A stretch of 64,000 bases of DNA from Paramoeba atlantica (Eukaryota; Protista; Discosea): contig CDRNVI010000053.1 in NCBI GenBank assembly GCA_977017575.1, positions 868,001 to 932,000 of the forward strand, written 5' to 3'. Positions 10,091 through 21,067 of this stretch are shown in pieces. A program made the translations under genes and the position numbers. Each line of letters starts with the position of its first letter. The stretch's first letter is position 1. The notes below the pieces were generated by a model. The model saw only the letters and a program-made list of their open reading frames with translations, ran no database searches and was not told the DNA's origin.

Positions 10091-10870
10091 ATGATTCCTA
10101 GTTCTTCAATACCTCAAGACGACGCTAGATCTGTGGATTCTGAAACAGACAATGATACTGAGGTTACTTTTCTCGTAGAGGAGACTCAAGTTGTGAATTC
10201 AGCTATAGGTAACTCTTTCTTGACTAACAAAAGCCCAACGCCTACTGAAGATCGTAAAGAGAACCTTATCGCACCTACTTCGACGGCTGAAGCTGATGAC
10301 ACGAATTTTCATATGGAACAGGATATAGAGGAAGGTGAAGTTCAATTTATCCTTCCTGAATCGGAAGGTGCTGCACACGCTTCGTTGGATACGGATGTAA
10401 ATCTTGATTCCGAGATTTCTGATACGAAATGGGATCCTAAAGGTGTGATTCCTGAATTACCAACCCACCGTGTAGGACTGACATTAACTCCCTCCATGCT
10501 GGGATACGACATGAAAATCATGCACGATCGTCCCTGGATTCAAAATCCGGAAACCCTACCACAGTACTTTAATTATGGATTTGATGAAAAGAGTTGGACG
10601 AAGTATATACAACTTCACTCACGCGGCTCGCAGTCCCTCCTAGAAAAAGCGAACGAGCAAATGGACGAAAGAAGTCGTCCGCATCTATCGACCCCGAGTG
10701 GAGCAGGGTGTCGTATTCGCACCGTGGGTCAACAGTCATCCAATAGAACTGCAAAACGTATCCATACGAGTCAAGAATCTGTTTCTCATCCAAAGTACTA
10801 TTCAGAGACCCGAGATATCCCTAAACCAGGAACAAAAAAATTCCGTCCCGTTACACGCGGCTCTTCGTAA
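10091..10870 (+). CDS. FIP1: pre-mRNA 3'-end processing factor Fip1
   Basis: Fip1 motif RPWIQNPETLPQYFNYGFDEKSWTKY, preceded by an acidic N-terminus. Confidence 0.85.
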   Translation: MIPSSSIPQDDARSVDSETDNDTEVTFLVEETQVVNSAIGNSFLTNKSPTPTEDRKENLIAPTSTAEADDTNFHMEQDIEEGEVQFILPESEGAAHASLDTDVNLDSEISDTKWDPKGVIPELPTHRVGLTLTPSMLGYDMKIMHDRPWIQNPETLPQYFNYGFDEKSWTKYIQLHSRGSQSLLEKANEQMDERSRPHLSTPSGAGCRIRTVGQQSSNRTAKRIHTSQESVSHPKYYSETRDIPKPGTKKFRPVTRGSS

Positions 10871-11105
10871 ACTGTTTTATACATTCAATTTCTAATTGAT
10901 TTGAATGGACCACTTAAAAAGGCCACTACGGTCTCTGTTTAATAATTTCTGAAGTGACTTTTCATTTCAGCTGCCTTCACAACAAAGCAAAATTATTGTT
11001 TTCAAAATAGCCTTTCATACTACAGTGACCACTGAACACAAAACAAAACAATTCTCTGCCTTTCTTTGTTTTAATAACAAACAGAACCCTCCTCTTACTT
11101 GCAGA

Positions 11106-11990
11106 ATGGCTGAGTACACCCCTTTGCTTTCCAAAGTGCGAACGTTACAGCAGTTCGCACGCAACACTCTGCAGTCCGTTCGTGACGAACTGACCATGGG
11201 AAAGCCACCCACTCAGCCGATTTCCTCTTCTGTGAGTGTGCCTCGTGAGGAGAGTAGTTTGCTCACCACAAGCAAACGCTCCACGCGGCGAAAATCGGGG
11301 GAGGGGAAAATTCCTTATCCGACCGAGGCACAGCTCTCGGTGCTCCCGGGGCGCTGGGCGCGTCTTTACGAGGCGCTATGGAAACTCTCCACCTACCCCA
11401 TGAGTGCTCCTTTTTTATTTCCCATTCACGAGATGTACACCCCGGAGTCTCTGGTGGGGTACGACAATGTGATTCAACACCCGATGGATCTACGCACGGT
11501 TTTAGGGCGAATTCTCCATCGACGCTACACCTCGGAGGATCAGGTCTATACGGATTTGTGTTTAATTGCCTCGAATTGTGAGCTTTTTAATGGCTCCAGT
11601 CACCCACTGGTCACAACCAACGTAAAACCGTTTCGTGAGGAGGTAGATGCGATATGGAAGGGCTTATATCCCGGGGCGATGTTGCCACGGGCTGCCTCCC
11701 GTTCGTTGCTTTCGCGCAGCCACTCAAGGGAGCTGGCGCCGGAGTACGTCGTGTTGCGGGAACGGGTGAAGGCACGGATCGAGAAACTGCAGGAGAGGGA
11801 GCCGGAAGGTATGGAAGAGCTTTTGGACGTGATTAATCGTGAGGCGCCACAGGCTATGGCTCCGGATGAGGACGGGGATATCGTTTTGAACTTGGAGGAA
11901 CTTACCGACCCTGTGCGACTCCAGAAAATTGATTCGTATTTGGCGGTAAAGCTTGAAAGTTCAGCGGAGGCAAAGCGACAAAAGCGATAA
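11106..11990 (+). CDS. bromodomain + extra-terminal (ET) domain protein (BET-like bromodomain factor)
   Basis: Bromodomain SAPFLFP...YDNVIQHPMDLRTV...DLCLIASNCELFN with the conserved Asn. C-terminal ET-like IEKL...EELLDVINREAP...DGDIVLNLEEL...LQKIDSYL. First ATG 11106. Confidence 0.85.
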   Translation: MAEYTPLLSKVRTLQQFARNTLQSVRDELTMGKPPTQPISSSVSVPREESSLLTTSKRSTRRKSGEGKIPYPTEAQLSVLPGRWARLYEALWKLSTYPMSAPFLFPIHEMYTPESLVGYDNVIQHPMDLRTVLGRILHRRYTSEDQVYTDLCLIASNCELFNGSSHPLVTTNVKPFREEVDAIWKGLYPGAMLPRAASRSLLSRSHSRELAPEYVVLRERVKARIEKLQEREPEGMEELLDVINREAPQAMAPDEDGDIVLNLEELTDPVRLQKIDSYLAVKLESSAEAKRQKR

Positions 11991-12423
11991 CGCTTTGTAT
12001 CAACCGCAACTAGTTTATTCATGTTCATTTTTTTCACCTTTTACAGGCGTGAATTATATGGGCGTTTGAAATAAAGCTCCATCTTTCCATACTTTTTTAA
12101 ATTTGTCTTTCAAGTTTTTCCAAGCCACATCAAGTGCATTTTGAGCTTTGTCATTTTGTTCTCATCCACCATCCTTGCGATAGGAAGTTCGGTTTTATCG
12201 CTTGTTACATGTTTCCCTATTAGTCACTTTGGGGTTTTTCTCGTCCCGCAAATTTTTATTATCACCTTCTCTTCGATTTCTATTGATCTATTTTCATAAA
12301 CACTGTTTTTTCTATTAGCAAATTTGCCACGCAGCTTATCTTTATTTTGGTTTTAAGTTGACTTGTCTAGCCTTGGGTATCTTTCATGAATGTAGCGACC
12401 TTAGTTTCTAGCGTGCAAGTTGT

Positions 12424-13308
12424 ATGTTGCAGAACGCTAGGTTAACGCAATTTTGTGCAGAAATGAAGTCTTTTCGCGATCTCTTTCCGCTCTCTGTTCT
12501 GTATGACATGCGTTACATAGCTTTCGGCTTTTTCCTGGGGAAATCAGTTTTGTCTACAGTCTCGTTTTGTCGTGTAGCAGGTGGTTCCATGCATCCTACC
12601 CTTCGTGAGAGCACAGGTGATATTGTTCTGCTGTGGAACATTAATTCTATTCGGCATTTTTTAGCTCTTTCAAATAAAGCTTTAGCACTTCAAAAAGGGG
12701 TTATTTCTGCAATAAAACATAATTTTTCAAGCGGAGAAAATGGTGAAAATAATTTTTTAAACAGTGATTCCGATCACCTAAATACTTCTGAGGAAGAAGA
12801 GGAATTTGGAGGAGTAAAAAGAAGTGGTGCTTTGCTTCATAGCTCTGAAGCATGCGATCCTTGCTCAACTGCTCTGACAAGAGGTGCGATTTATGTCCTC
12901 TGGCACCCATCTCGTCGGTACAGAATTATCAAACGACTTCGATGGTTAAGTGGTGATATCATTCATCTACCTGAGTTCGCCTCCTACGATATCCCAAACG
13001 TACAGAAGAAAAATCATATTTCTTTAGTCTCATCAACTTCCACTTTTGCTGATTCGGAACATCGATTCGATAACGTAAATAATCATTTATCTGGTACGCT
13101 ACTTTCAGAGTATGAAGATACTCTCCCTAATTCAGCAGAATGTTATCATATTCCTTCACAACATATATGGGTGCAAGGAGATAACCGAAACACATCGGAA
13201 GATTCTCGTACGTATGGCGCTATTCCTTTTGATGCACTCATAGGGCGTGCAGTTGCAATAGTGTGGCCACCATCAAGATTTTCTTTTCTTCCCACTTTAG
13301 AAATTTAA
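12424..13308 (+). CDS. mitochondrial inner membrane peptidase (IMP1/IMP2, peptidase S26)
   Basis: Catalytic Ser box GGSMHPTL, Lys box IIKRL, and IWVQGDNRNTSEDSRTYGAIP...GRAVAIVWPP. Confidence 0.9.
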   Translation: MLQNARLTQFCAEMKSFRDLFPLSVLYDMRYIAFGFFLGKSVLSTVSFCRVAGGSMHPTLRESTGDIVLLWNINSIRHFLALSNKALALQKGVISAIKHNFSSGENGENNFLNSDSDHLNTSEEEEEFGGVKRSGALLHSSEACDPCSTALTRGAIYVLWHPSRRYRIIKRLRWLSGDIIHLPEFASYDIPNVQKKNHISLVSSTSTFADSEHRFDNVNNHLSGTLLSEYEDTLPNSAECYHIPSQHIWVQGDNRNTSEDSRTYGAIPFDALIGRAVAIVWPPSRFSFLPTLEI

Positions 13309-13537
13309 CATTGTTCGACTTGAAATGCATTACTGTTTCTTACGCGACGGATTAATCAAGGAATGTCCTCCGTGAGAGCAGAAGCGTTCCTCCTGAACTC
13401 TTTTTGAGCTCACATTCAGAACGCCATTTCTAAAACTGAAAAATAATTGTCCAATATTTTTCTTCCCGACATTATGGGAAGATGCGAGTGAAGCATCGCA
13501 ATTTTGAAACAATTATTTATTAAGACTTCTTCGCCCC

Positions 13538-14482
13538 ATGTTTTTAGCTTTATCTTGTGCATTATCGCATTGTAAAAGTGTTTTTTACTGCACCCTACTC
13601 TGCACTTCGAACATGAACTCTACCAACTCCTCAACAACTTCATTTCCGTTTCAGTCTTCGCCTAACGGCACCACGTCCGTGATACAGAACAAAACATCTC
13701 ATAAAACTATCAAGAGATCGCATTCGTCCCCGCACCTGAATCGTACCTCAGTCATCCGCCATTATGGTAAGAAAATACGAGGCGCTCAATTTTCTTCTGA
13801 ACTACTTTTCTCTCTTTTTATTTCGAATATCTCTCGACATACGGACGACAAATGGCATACGACTTATCCACCATGCCATTGGCCAGGAGTACAATGTAAC
13901 GACGAATCACATATTACATCCATTAACTGGTTTCGCTATTCTCTGTCTGGCACTCTCACGTGGAAGTACATTCCTTCAACGCTAGTTGCATTCCGCGTCG
14001 GGGTGAACCAGTTAAAAGGAAGTATTTTTTCCTTCTCTCTTCCTTCTCAATTAAAGACGTTACACTTCAACATTAACGATTTTTCTGGAGATTTTTCTTT
14101 GTCTCAGCTACCGCGCAGCATGTGTTACGTTCGGGGTCAACAAAATGCTCTTTCCGGGGATCTTGACCTAACGGAACTCCCGCCTCCAATCGTTGAATTA
14201 AGGCTTTCACAAAACAACTTTAGCGGCAGTATCGCTTTAAATAGTCTTCCTGAACATTTGGAATGGCTCATGCTTGGTTCTAACTTTTTGGAGGGATCGC
14301 TCTGCGTTGATTATCTACCTAAGTCTTTGATTTGGCTTGAATTAAAGAGGAACCATTTTAGTGGCGTTGTTCACGCTCATGATCTTCCAAATGCTCTTGT
14401 GACATTTGAACTACAAGGCAATAAGATTACAGAGGTTATAGGATTGGATATCTCCAAGAAAAGGTATTGCATTGTCCTTTAA
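13538..14482 (+). CDS. leucine-rich repeat protein with LRRNT-like cap
   Basis: PCHWPGVQC cap followed by LPxxLxxLxLxxNxFSGxxxLxxLP repeats. Paralog of 21068-21811. Confidence 0.85.
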   Translation: MFLALSCALSHCKSVFYCTLLCTSNMNSTNSSTTSFPFQSSPNGTTSVIQNKTSHKTIKRSHSSPHLNRTSVIRHYGKKIRGAQFSSELLFSLFISNISRHTDDKWHTTYPPCHWPGVQCNDESHITSINWFRYSLSGTLTWKYIPSTLVAFRVGVNQLKGSIFSFSLPSQLKTLHFNINDFSGDFSLSQLPRSMCYVRGQQNALSGDLDLTELPPPIVELRLSQNNFSGSIALNSLPEHLEWLMLGSNFLEGSLCVDYLPKSLIWLELKRNHFSGVVHAHDLPNALVTFELQGNKITEVIGLDISKKRYCIVL

Positions 14483-15122
14483 GTGGTGAGTTTATATCCA
14501 TTATGTACATCTACATTGAGTAGGCACCACAATTCTTTACTTCTTTTTCGTTACTTCTTTTTCTTTACATTAATTTTTAGTCTTCCTTCTCATAAATTAT
14601 AGAGTAGTTTTTGAGATAGTTTTTTATATTCTTTTCTTCGAGTATATTTTATGAATTTCATGATAGAGCAATATAGAGTATAAAACCAATGTAAGAGTAT
14701 GCTATTTTTCGAATAGTTTTTTACATTTCTTGCTGCAAAACTTTTTTTATTTTTTAACACGTCAACTTTTTTATGGCAGTAGTGCAATTTTTGGTTTAAA
14801 GTATCTTTTGGAGTCTTTTTTTCTATTGCTTAAAAAATTCGATTTGAGTCTGTACAGTCCTTGCTTCAAACGGAACAACATTTACTCATTAACATGTGTA
14901 TCTGTATTTGATTCTTAGAGAAACGTTGTTTCTTATTTTTGACTTTTATACTTTTATGTGTTTTAGGCAATTTGCCATGGATATCAACTTACTGGTTTAT
15001 ACTTGTTTTAATTTCTCTTCCTGTATTCTCGAATTTTTTTGAAGCCAACAAATAGTGATTTCCATAAAAACGGTTATTTTTATAACACGGTTATTGGCTA
15101 CAATAGAATTTAGTTATCTAAC

Positions 15123-18100
15123 ATGTGGTGTCGACGTTTCTCTCCATATCAAGCTATTACTGGAGTCTTCCAATTTTCGTATTGCTCTTTATCTGGAAAA
15201 TCTATTGAAGACTTTCTTTCCGGATTTGCTAAGCAATCAGGTAATTCCAATAAGATACGAGACGAGAAAGAAATTTCAATTTCTTCCAATTCCAAGTCGC
15301 CCAATTCCAATTTTTTGAAATCTCCGAATACTCCGTATCGCTCAAATTGTGACAATTTGTCCTCTGATGGTAGTCACCAGGATGTACACCAAATGGACGA
15401 TATGGTTCGTCCGAATCGATCAAACATGACTCATGTGGTTGTACAAGTACGCAAGAAACGTCGTAACGACTCTTCTTACATGCCCAACAAGGTTGTTTCC
15501 ATTGCGGCACATCACTGTAATACGCGACGTCCTCCAATTCTTTTCGTACTAGCTGGTTCGAGTACTACTCTTGCCGCTGCCCTTCCCAATGGTAAATTTG
15601 CATCGTTCGTTAATACATCTTCAACTCACAGTTCAGATGATTATTTCATTGATCAAATTAGTAAAGATATTCTTCAATTTTTGCGTTCTTCTGCTCCAAA
15701 TCATACCTACGTGTGCTTCCAAGCTACATCTGGAGGCATTGTCAGTCGCGTGTTGCATCGATGGCACTCTACAAGCGCAGCAATTGGAGAAATTGAATTC
15801 ACGTGCTCTTTGCCATACTTCGTTGGACATATTAGTCGCAATCATCGTCGACTTTCGTATCCATATACACCTTTAACTGTTTCGGAATTATATCGATGCT
15901 TTTCTTTGCCCAGGCCTTCTGAACTATTGACTCCGAGCAAAGAGAGCGAAACTTATAAAAATGAGTCCGACTCAGACACTGGAAAACTGAATAAAACCGG
16001 TCTTGTTTCGCTGGAAAACTTTGAAGAGCATATACTGGATGTGCTTCCATCCGTTGAGAGTGGTTTAAAAAGCAACTTTACAAAGTCTCCATTAGGGGAC
16101 TCTGTTTCAGATGCCTTGGACGCACAAGCGTTTCTGCAGATCTATCTCAAACACTTGCACTTTGGTCAAACATGTGAATTTTTGGGTACATCCAGTAAAG
16201 CTCGGCATGGGCGTATGTCAAAGTTCTCCGAAGTTTTTGTCGCTTCCATGAGTTCCCCTTGGTGTATTATTTTAGCCCATATCTATAAATGTACTAGCGC
16301 ACCATCAATTCCTGACAAGCTCTCTCCTGGCAAGGCTGAAACCTCGCGCTCGTTCACTGTTCCAGCGTCGCATATTGGTTGTGACATTTTTGTGCCTTCA
16401 ACGCAAGAGGAACGAAGTTTTTACGGCAATACTCGAGAGCAAGTTGTATCATCGGTGGAAATATGGCTTAGGAATCGCTCTTCCGAAGTTTCTCGTCGTT
16501 GTCTGATATTCCATACTCTTCACGAATCAATGGTCCTTATGATGTCTTCATTCAAGAAACTTTCGTGCAAGGTGCATCACTTATCACTCGCTGAAATTTT
16601 TCCGAATCTTCCTATTCCTCACTTTTTTTCGCTACACAGTAGCTACAAAACGCCTCCCAGCGACGATTCCTCGTCTGTTTCTCGGTTGTGGAAATACTGG
16701 TTAAGTCAATTTTCAAAAATATCTCAGGATTCTTCAAATGTACTTCACCGAATCATAATCAGCGAGCTACAGTACCGGTATTCTCAGATGACTAACAAAG
16801 AAATTTTTCAGGAGGCTCGTGAAAAACGTGAAGGCGATTCTCATAAAAGAATGGATCATTCAGAAACGAAACACTTACCGAAAGTGCATCAGACAATTGT
16901 TATTGGCTCTCCCAAGAGTAAATCTCAGGCAGATCATCGTGAAGAAATGCTTGAGAAACGTAATGAAACTGACGATTGGTATGCTTTCCAGACGGATGTT
17001 TCACGACTTGAGCGAGAAGAGAATTCTGCTGCACGTCACAGAAAGTGTATATTTCTACATCTTGAAAAGACAAAGCGTGTAGGAACTCAAGTGCAATTCG
17101 TACTCTGGGTTGCTTCTCCAGTGGATATAAGCGATGGAACCACTTTCACAAATCTTACTCTGGAGCAATCTCAAGTGGATCCCCAAGTCTTGCTCACAAT
17201 TAAGGGCGTCATGCCGTCGCTTGAAAATGTATGCGTTATCGTTGCCGTCGACATGAAGCTTTTGATAAATTTTCTTATGAGTTTGTCATGTGTACAGGAA
17301 TTTTTGGCGAACGGAGGAATACTTTGGAGTTCTATCTATGCCGAACATTTATTGAACGCGCGAGTGGACCTTCCACCTGACGTTTTAACTTTTTCTCCTG
17401 AGAAAGAAGGCTCACGTTTTGGTGAAAATGATTCCATAGACAATGTCAACACTGCAACCTATAACAAAACCATTCTTCCTACTTTGCAGCACATACAAAC
17501 TACTTATTCTAAGCAAATTCACCGAGCTGTACTTTCACGCCAGCTTCTCACGATCAGTTCATCGATGTCTTCCGTGTTTCTGACGCATGAGATTGGTAAA
17601 CAAGGAATTTATGTAAGTATTTCAAAACTAGAATCCGCACGGGTTCTTGCAAAACAACTTCTCGAGCAGTACAAGAACAATTTGAATCTGGCGTTACCGC
17701 CCCACGTGCGTTCACTTTTTAAATGGGAAGATACACATCATATATGGGCATTTTTCCATGGAGGTAAATTGAACAAACCAATAACATCATTGAACTCTAC
17801 AAGTACGTTAATCTTACCGGAGGATCCAACTGCAGCAGTTGAACTTGCTTGTGTTTCACAAAATGAAAGGGCGTCTGAAATATTGGACTCAGAGAAGTAT
17901 TTAATACCCTATTGCCTGAAATATCAATTGTTAACAAATATTGCGGTGAGCTCCGAGGAGCTCGTGCAAACTATACGATCATCTTTGATTGAAAAGTATA
18001 TTCCCAATAAAGATGAAAACAGTCGAGCCAAGGACAGTGGTTTTCCTCTTTCGCAGCAGCTTCTCAGCGTTTTCCATCTTCCTTACCGTATTATCTTAGC

Positions 18101-19853
18101 CGCAGTCAAGACCACCGGATATGACCTTCGGGAGGATCACGTTTTACACGCCGTGTTCTTTGATCCTCTGTTAGGGAAAGAAATATCACCACCCTTTTAT
18201 GCTGCAAAAGGTAAAGCTCTTTCTTACCTCATTCTTGCTTGTCACATGTCTACATATGCAGAACATTTCCTTCAAACCTTTATACAAACGAAGCTAAGTT
18301 CCAATCTTCGAAACCAGAAAACCGAAAGGCCGTTGGCACCGCTTTACTTCGTGAATGCAACATCTTTAGTGACAGATAGCATTTCCTTATCGGGTCTACA
18401 AACTCCTAAATCTACTTCGAATAGCACTCCCGCACCATGTCGCACGCGACTGAGTAAAAAATTTTGTGGACAAGAATATACTAAGTCTCTGATCGCCGAA
18501 TGTAAGGATCTTTGGACGTCATTGTGTCAGAATTGCAATGGAGATGTGCTTTCGGCTATAGGAAAAGCAGTTGGAACCAGAAATGATCCTTTTCTTCGTC
18601 GCGCTCCTGATCAGAGTCAGGACGATATTATTCTTCCCGGTATTCTTCCCGATAAAATTAAAGAGAGTGTCTCGATGTCATCAACTGAGTTTAGTGTAGA
18701 TCTTTTGGATGCATGGTCCACGGAGGGCATACCTGAAGCATTCTGGCTCGCGGAAGTTTTTCGCTTACAGCGCTCTTTACAGCTTTATTTCGCCCGTGAG
18801 CGTGGCATCCTAGCCCACGTCAATCCGGATACTTCCCTCATTCATGCAAATTTTGCGTATGACCAAACACGAACTGGACGCCTTGTGTGTAGCTCTCCGA
18901 ATATGTTAGGCATCCCTAAGGGAAATATTCGCACTGCTTTTACCTCTCGATTCGGCTCCTCAGGGGTAATACTGGACATTGACTACTCTATGGTAGAACT
19001 TGTCACGCTAGCTCTTTTATGTCAGGACAAAAATATGCTTCAGGATGTATCTAACAATGTGGACTTTCACAGTCGCAACGTTACTGTTCTCCGTAAAGAT
19101 TTGTCGTACGAACAGGTGCTTCTGAGTTGCAGAAGAAAGAATAAGGAAGTTCTTCGACTTCGTGAAAAGGCGAAGCTTTTTGCTTTTCAGCGAATTTATG
19201 GTGCATCAGTACAAACTCTCTCGAAGGGTAGCGGTTTGTCAATTCAGGAAGTGAGAAAATTAATATGGTCCGAAAATGAGACTTATCCATCTATTAAAGC
19301 GTATTTTCGGAGTTTTGCCAAATACGTTCGACGTTTCCGTCCTCTTCTTCAACACAGCCAAGGTGGCTATCAAAGTGAGTTCGTTTATGATGGTGTAGGC
19401 ATAATACCTTCAGGAAATCGTTTTTGCTTCCATGAGGTCGGTGTTAACTTTCCGGGTTTTTCTTCTACCCATCTCCGAAACTATCCAGTACAAGGCTTAG
19501 CTGCTGAAATTATCATTTATACAACAAGTCAACTTCTTCGACGTCTTCTCAAGCGGAACTACTATGAGCGTCGAGCTTTTCTTGTGAATTTAGTGCATGA
19601 TAGTATAGTTATGGATGTGCATGAAGAGGTGTTAGAGGAGGTACTCTCGGAAGCCTATGGGGTGTTAACCAATGTGAAGGGCGGTTGGGGTTCATTTTTT
19701 CCGGAGTTCCCATGGAATAAATCTCTCTTTCGAGTAGAGGTGAAGGCTGGTCGAGATGCCGCACATATGGTTACCCTTCAAGGCCCTCCTTTTCCATCGT
19801 CCCAAGAAATAATTAAATCGATTTCGGAAGCTCCTGAGATATGCGAAGAGTAG
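15123..19853 (+). CDS. mitochondrial (kDNA) family A DNA polymerase, POLIB/C/D-like
   Basis: TRTGRLVCSSPNMLGIPK, motif A DIDYSMVELVTLA, motif B REKAKLFAFQRIYGA, motif C NLVHDSI. 1576 aa with a short Arg-containing N-terminus (MWCRRF). Confidence 0.9.
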   Translation: MWCRRFSPYQAITGVFQFSYCSLSGKSIEDFLSGFAKQSGNSNKIRDEKEISISSNSKSPNSNFLKSPNTPYRSNCDNLSSDGSHQDVHQMDDMVRPNRSNMTHVVVQVRKKRRNDSSYMPNKVVSIAAHHCNTRRPPILFVLAGSSTTLAAALPNGKFASFVNTSSTHSSDDYFIDQISKDILQFLRSSAPNHTYVCFQATSGGIVSRVLHRWHSTSAAIGEIEFTCSLPYFVGHISRNHRRLSYPYTPLTVSELYRCFSLPRPSELLTPSKESETYKNESDSDTGKLNKTGLVSLENFEEHILDVLPSVESGLKSNFTKSPLGDSVSDALDAQAFLQIYLKHLHFGQTCEFLGTSSKARHGRMSKFSEVFVASMSSPWCIILAHIYKCTSAPSIPDKLSPGKAETSRSFTVPASHIGCDIFVPSTQEERSFYGNTREQVVSSVEIWLRNRSSEVSRRCLIFHTLHESMVLMMSSFKKLSCKVHHLSLAEIFPNLPIPHFFSLHSSYKTPPSDDSSSVSRLWKYWLSQFSKISQDSSNVLHRIIISELQYRYSQMTNKEIFQEAREKREGDSHKRMDHSETKHLPKVHQTIVIGSPKSKSQADHREEMLEKRNETDDWYAFQTDVSRLEREENSAARHRKCIFLHLEKTKRVGTQVQFVLWVASPVDISDGTTFTNLTLEQSQVDPQVLLTIKGVMPSLENVCVIVAVDMKLLINFLMSLSCVQEFLANGGILWSSIYAEHLLNARVDLPPDVLTFSPEKEGSRFGENDSIDNVNTATYNKTILPTLQHIQTTYSKQIHRAVLSRQLLTISSSMSSVFLTHEIGKQGIYVSISKLESARVLAKQLLEQYKNNLNLALPPHVRSLFKWEDTHHIWAFFHGGKLNKPITSLNSTSTLILPEDPTAAVELACVSQNERASEILDSEKYLIPYCLKYQLLTNIAVSSEELVQTIRSSLIEKYIPNKDENSRAKDSGFPLSQQLLSVFHLPYRIILAAVKTTGYDLREDHVLHAVFFDPLLGKEISPPFYAAKGKALSYLILACHMSTYAEHFLQTFIQTKLSSNLRNQKTERPLAPLYFVNATSLVTDSISLSGLQTPKSTSNSTPAPCRTRLSKKFCGQEYTKSLIAECKDLWTSLCQNCNGDVLSAIGKAVGTRNDPFLRRAPDQSQDDIILPGILPDKIKESVSMSSTEFSVDLLDAWSTEGIPEAFWLAEVFRLQRSLQLYFARERGILAHVNPDTSLIHANFAYDQTRTGRLVCSSPNMLGIPKGNIRTAFTSRFGSSGVILDIDYSMVELVTLALLCQDKNMLQDVSNNVDFHSRNVTVLRKDLSYEQVLLSCRRKNKEVLRLREKAKLFAFQRIYGASVQTLSKGSGLSIQEVRKLIWSENETYPSIKAYFRSFAKYVRRFRPLLQHSQGGYQSEFVYDGVGIIPSGNRFCFHEVGVNFPGFSSTHLRNYPVQGLAAEIIIYTTSQLLRRLLKRNYYERRAFLVNLVHDSIVMDVHEEVLEEVLSEAYGVLTNVKGGWGSFFPEFPWNKSLFRVEVKAGRDAAHMVTLQGPPFPSSQEIIKSISEAPEICEE

Positions 19854-20387
19854 AGATTGAACGCTATATTTAATTGGATATTCAAACAACGTAGCAAGTT
19901 TCGGATTAGTTAGCGCTCAAATTTTGGTCATTATTATTTTTTCTGCCGAGTTATGTCTACATCACGGTTAAAAACAGTAGGCTTGTATTTTTTAGGTTAA
20001 AAGCATATCGCTATCTGGTACTCACAAAGTTTAAAACATTCTTTACCTTTTACAGTTTCCCTCTTTTATCCTCCATATGCGTTCATGTTTTTTAATCCTT
20101 CATTTTCTAAATTTTGTAATCACTTTAAAGTGTGCTAAACTAAGTTAAGTGTTTCTAAAAGTGCCATAAAATGTGTAAAATACAAAATCCTTAGAAGGGT
20201 TGCATTGGTCCCTAATATCATGCAGAGCTTTGAACTGCGTGCAAGGACTTGATTTTTCTGATTCTTCACTTTTTTTGCATTAATCACTTTTCTATTTTTC
20301 TTCTTTTAGCTAACGAAGTCTATTTGTAATGCATTACTACCATGCAATTCTACAAGAACTGAATCCTCATCTGGTCTTCGCATTATC

Positions 20388-20699
20388 ATGAGTGCCTTTC
20401 CTTTTTCCCCGAATTCTGCGCTTTTTTTCTGGGCTCACCTAGTCTTATCAATAGCTAAAAATCTAGTCTCGTTTCTACTGGGGATTGTGTGTAGTATTCT
20501 TATGCGATTTTGGCTTCCGTTTTCCACTTCGACCTCGAAGTCCTTGATGAGTAATACATTAGGCATGGTAGGCATTGGAATATTCGTGCACGCCGTACAG
20601 ATGTGGGATAAGCATCGTAAAGTGGCACAGACATCTCATCGTGCCGCGGAAGAAATTTGGAAAGATGCCATGCGAAGGCATAGAAATGACTTAGACTAA
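20388..20699 (+). CDS. small hypothetical membrane protein
   Basis: 103-aa ATG ORF on the array strand with two hydrophobic stretches. No motif. Confidence 0.4.
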   Translation: MSAFPFSPNSALFFWAHLVLSIAKNLVSFLLGIVCSILMRFWLPFSTSTSKSLMSNTLGMVGIGIFVHAVQMWDKHRKVAQTSHRAAEEIWKDAMRRHRNDLD

Positions 20700-20849
20700 T
20701 TTGTTGAAGTCAGCAGCGATTTTGCCTAAAACAGCAGCGATTTTCTTGCTTTTAAGCAGTGTGTCTTCATTCGCTTCTGTTTTTCAATTGTTTTATTTTC
20801 AATTATTTATTGTTTTTCAATTGTTTTGTTTCAATTCTTTTAGATAATA

Positions 20850-20929
20850 CCGTTCCCTCCCCTTACTTCATCTCCCCTATTACTTCACCACAAGCCCATC
20901 GGTGCCCCAGTGGTGAAGAGGTGTAACGG
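20850..20929. mobile_element. 80-bp minimal MITE of the CCGTT...AACGG family
   Basis: TA|CCGTT...AACGG|TA with internal TTACTTCACCAC / GTGGTGAAG motifs shared with 42737-43759. Confidence 0.7.
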
Positions 20930-21067
20930 TATAAACGCAACATACAGTATAGAAATAGAAAATTGTATAAATTTGAAAACGTTTTAGCATCTTAACTTCA
21001 CCGTAAACAGGGTTGATTCCTTCTTTCTTACTTTTGTTATTCTTCCACACTCTTCTGTCTCTCTTTC

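Noticed and set aside
15123-19853. Prophage or recent bacterial transfer of DNA polymerase I
   Set aside because: Size, presequence-like N-terminus and context fit the native kinetoplastid mitochondrial POLI family, and no phage genes are nearby.
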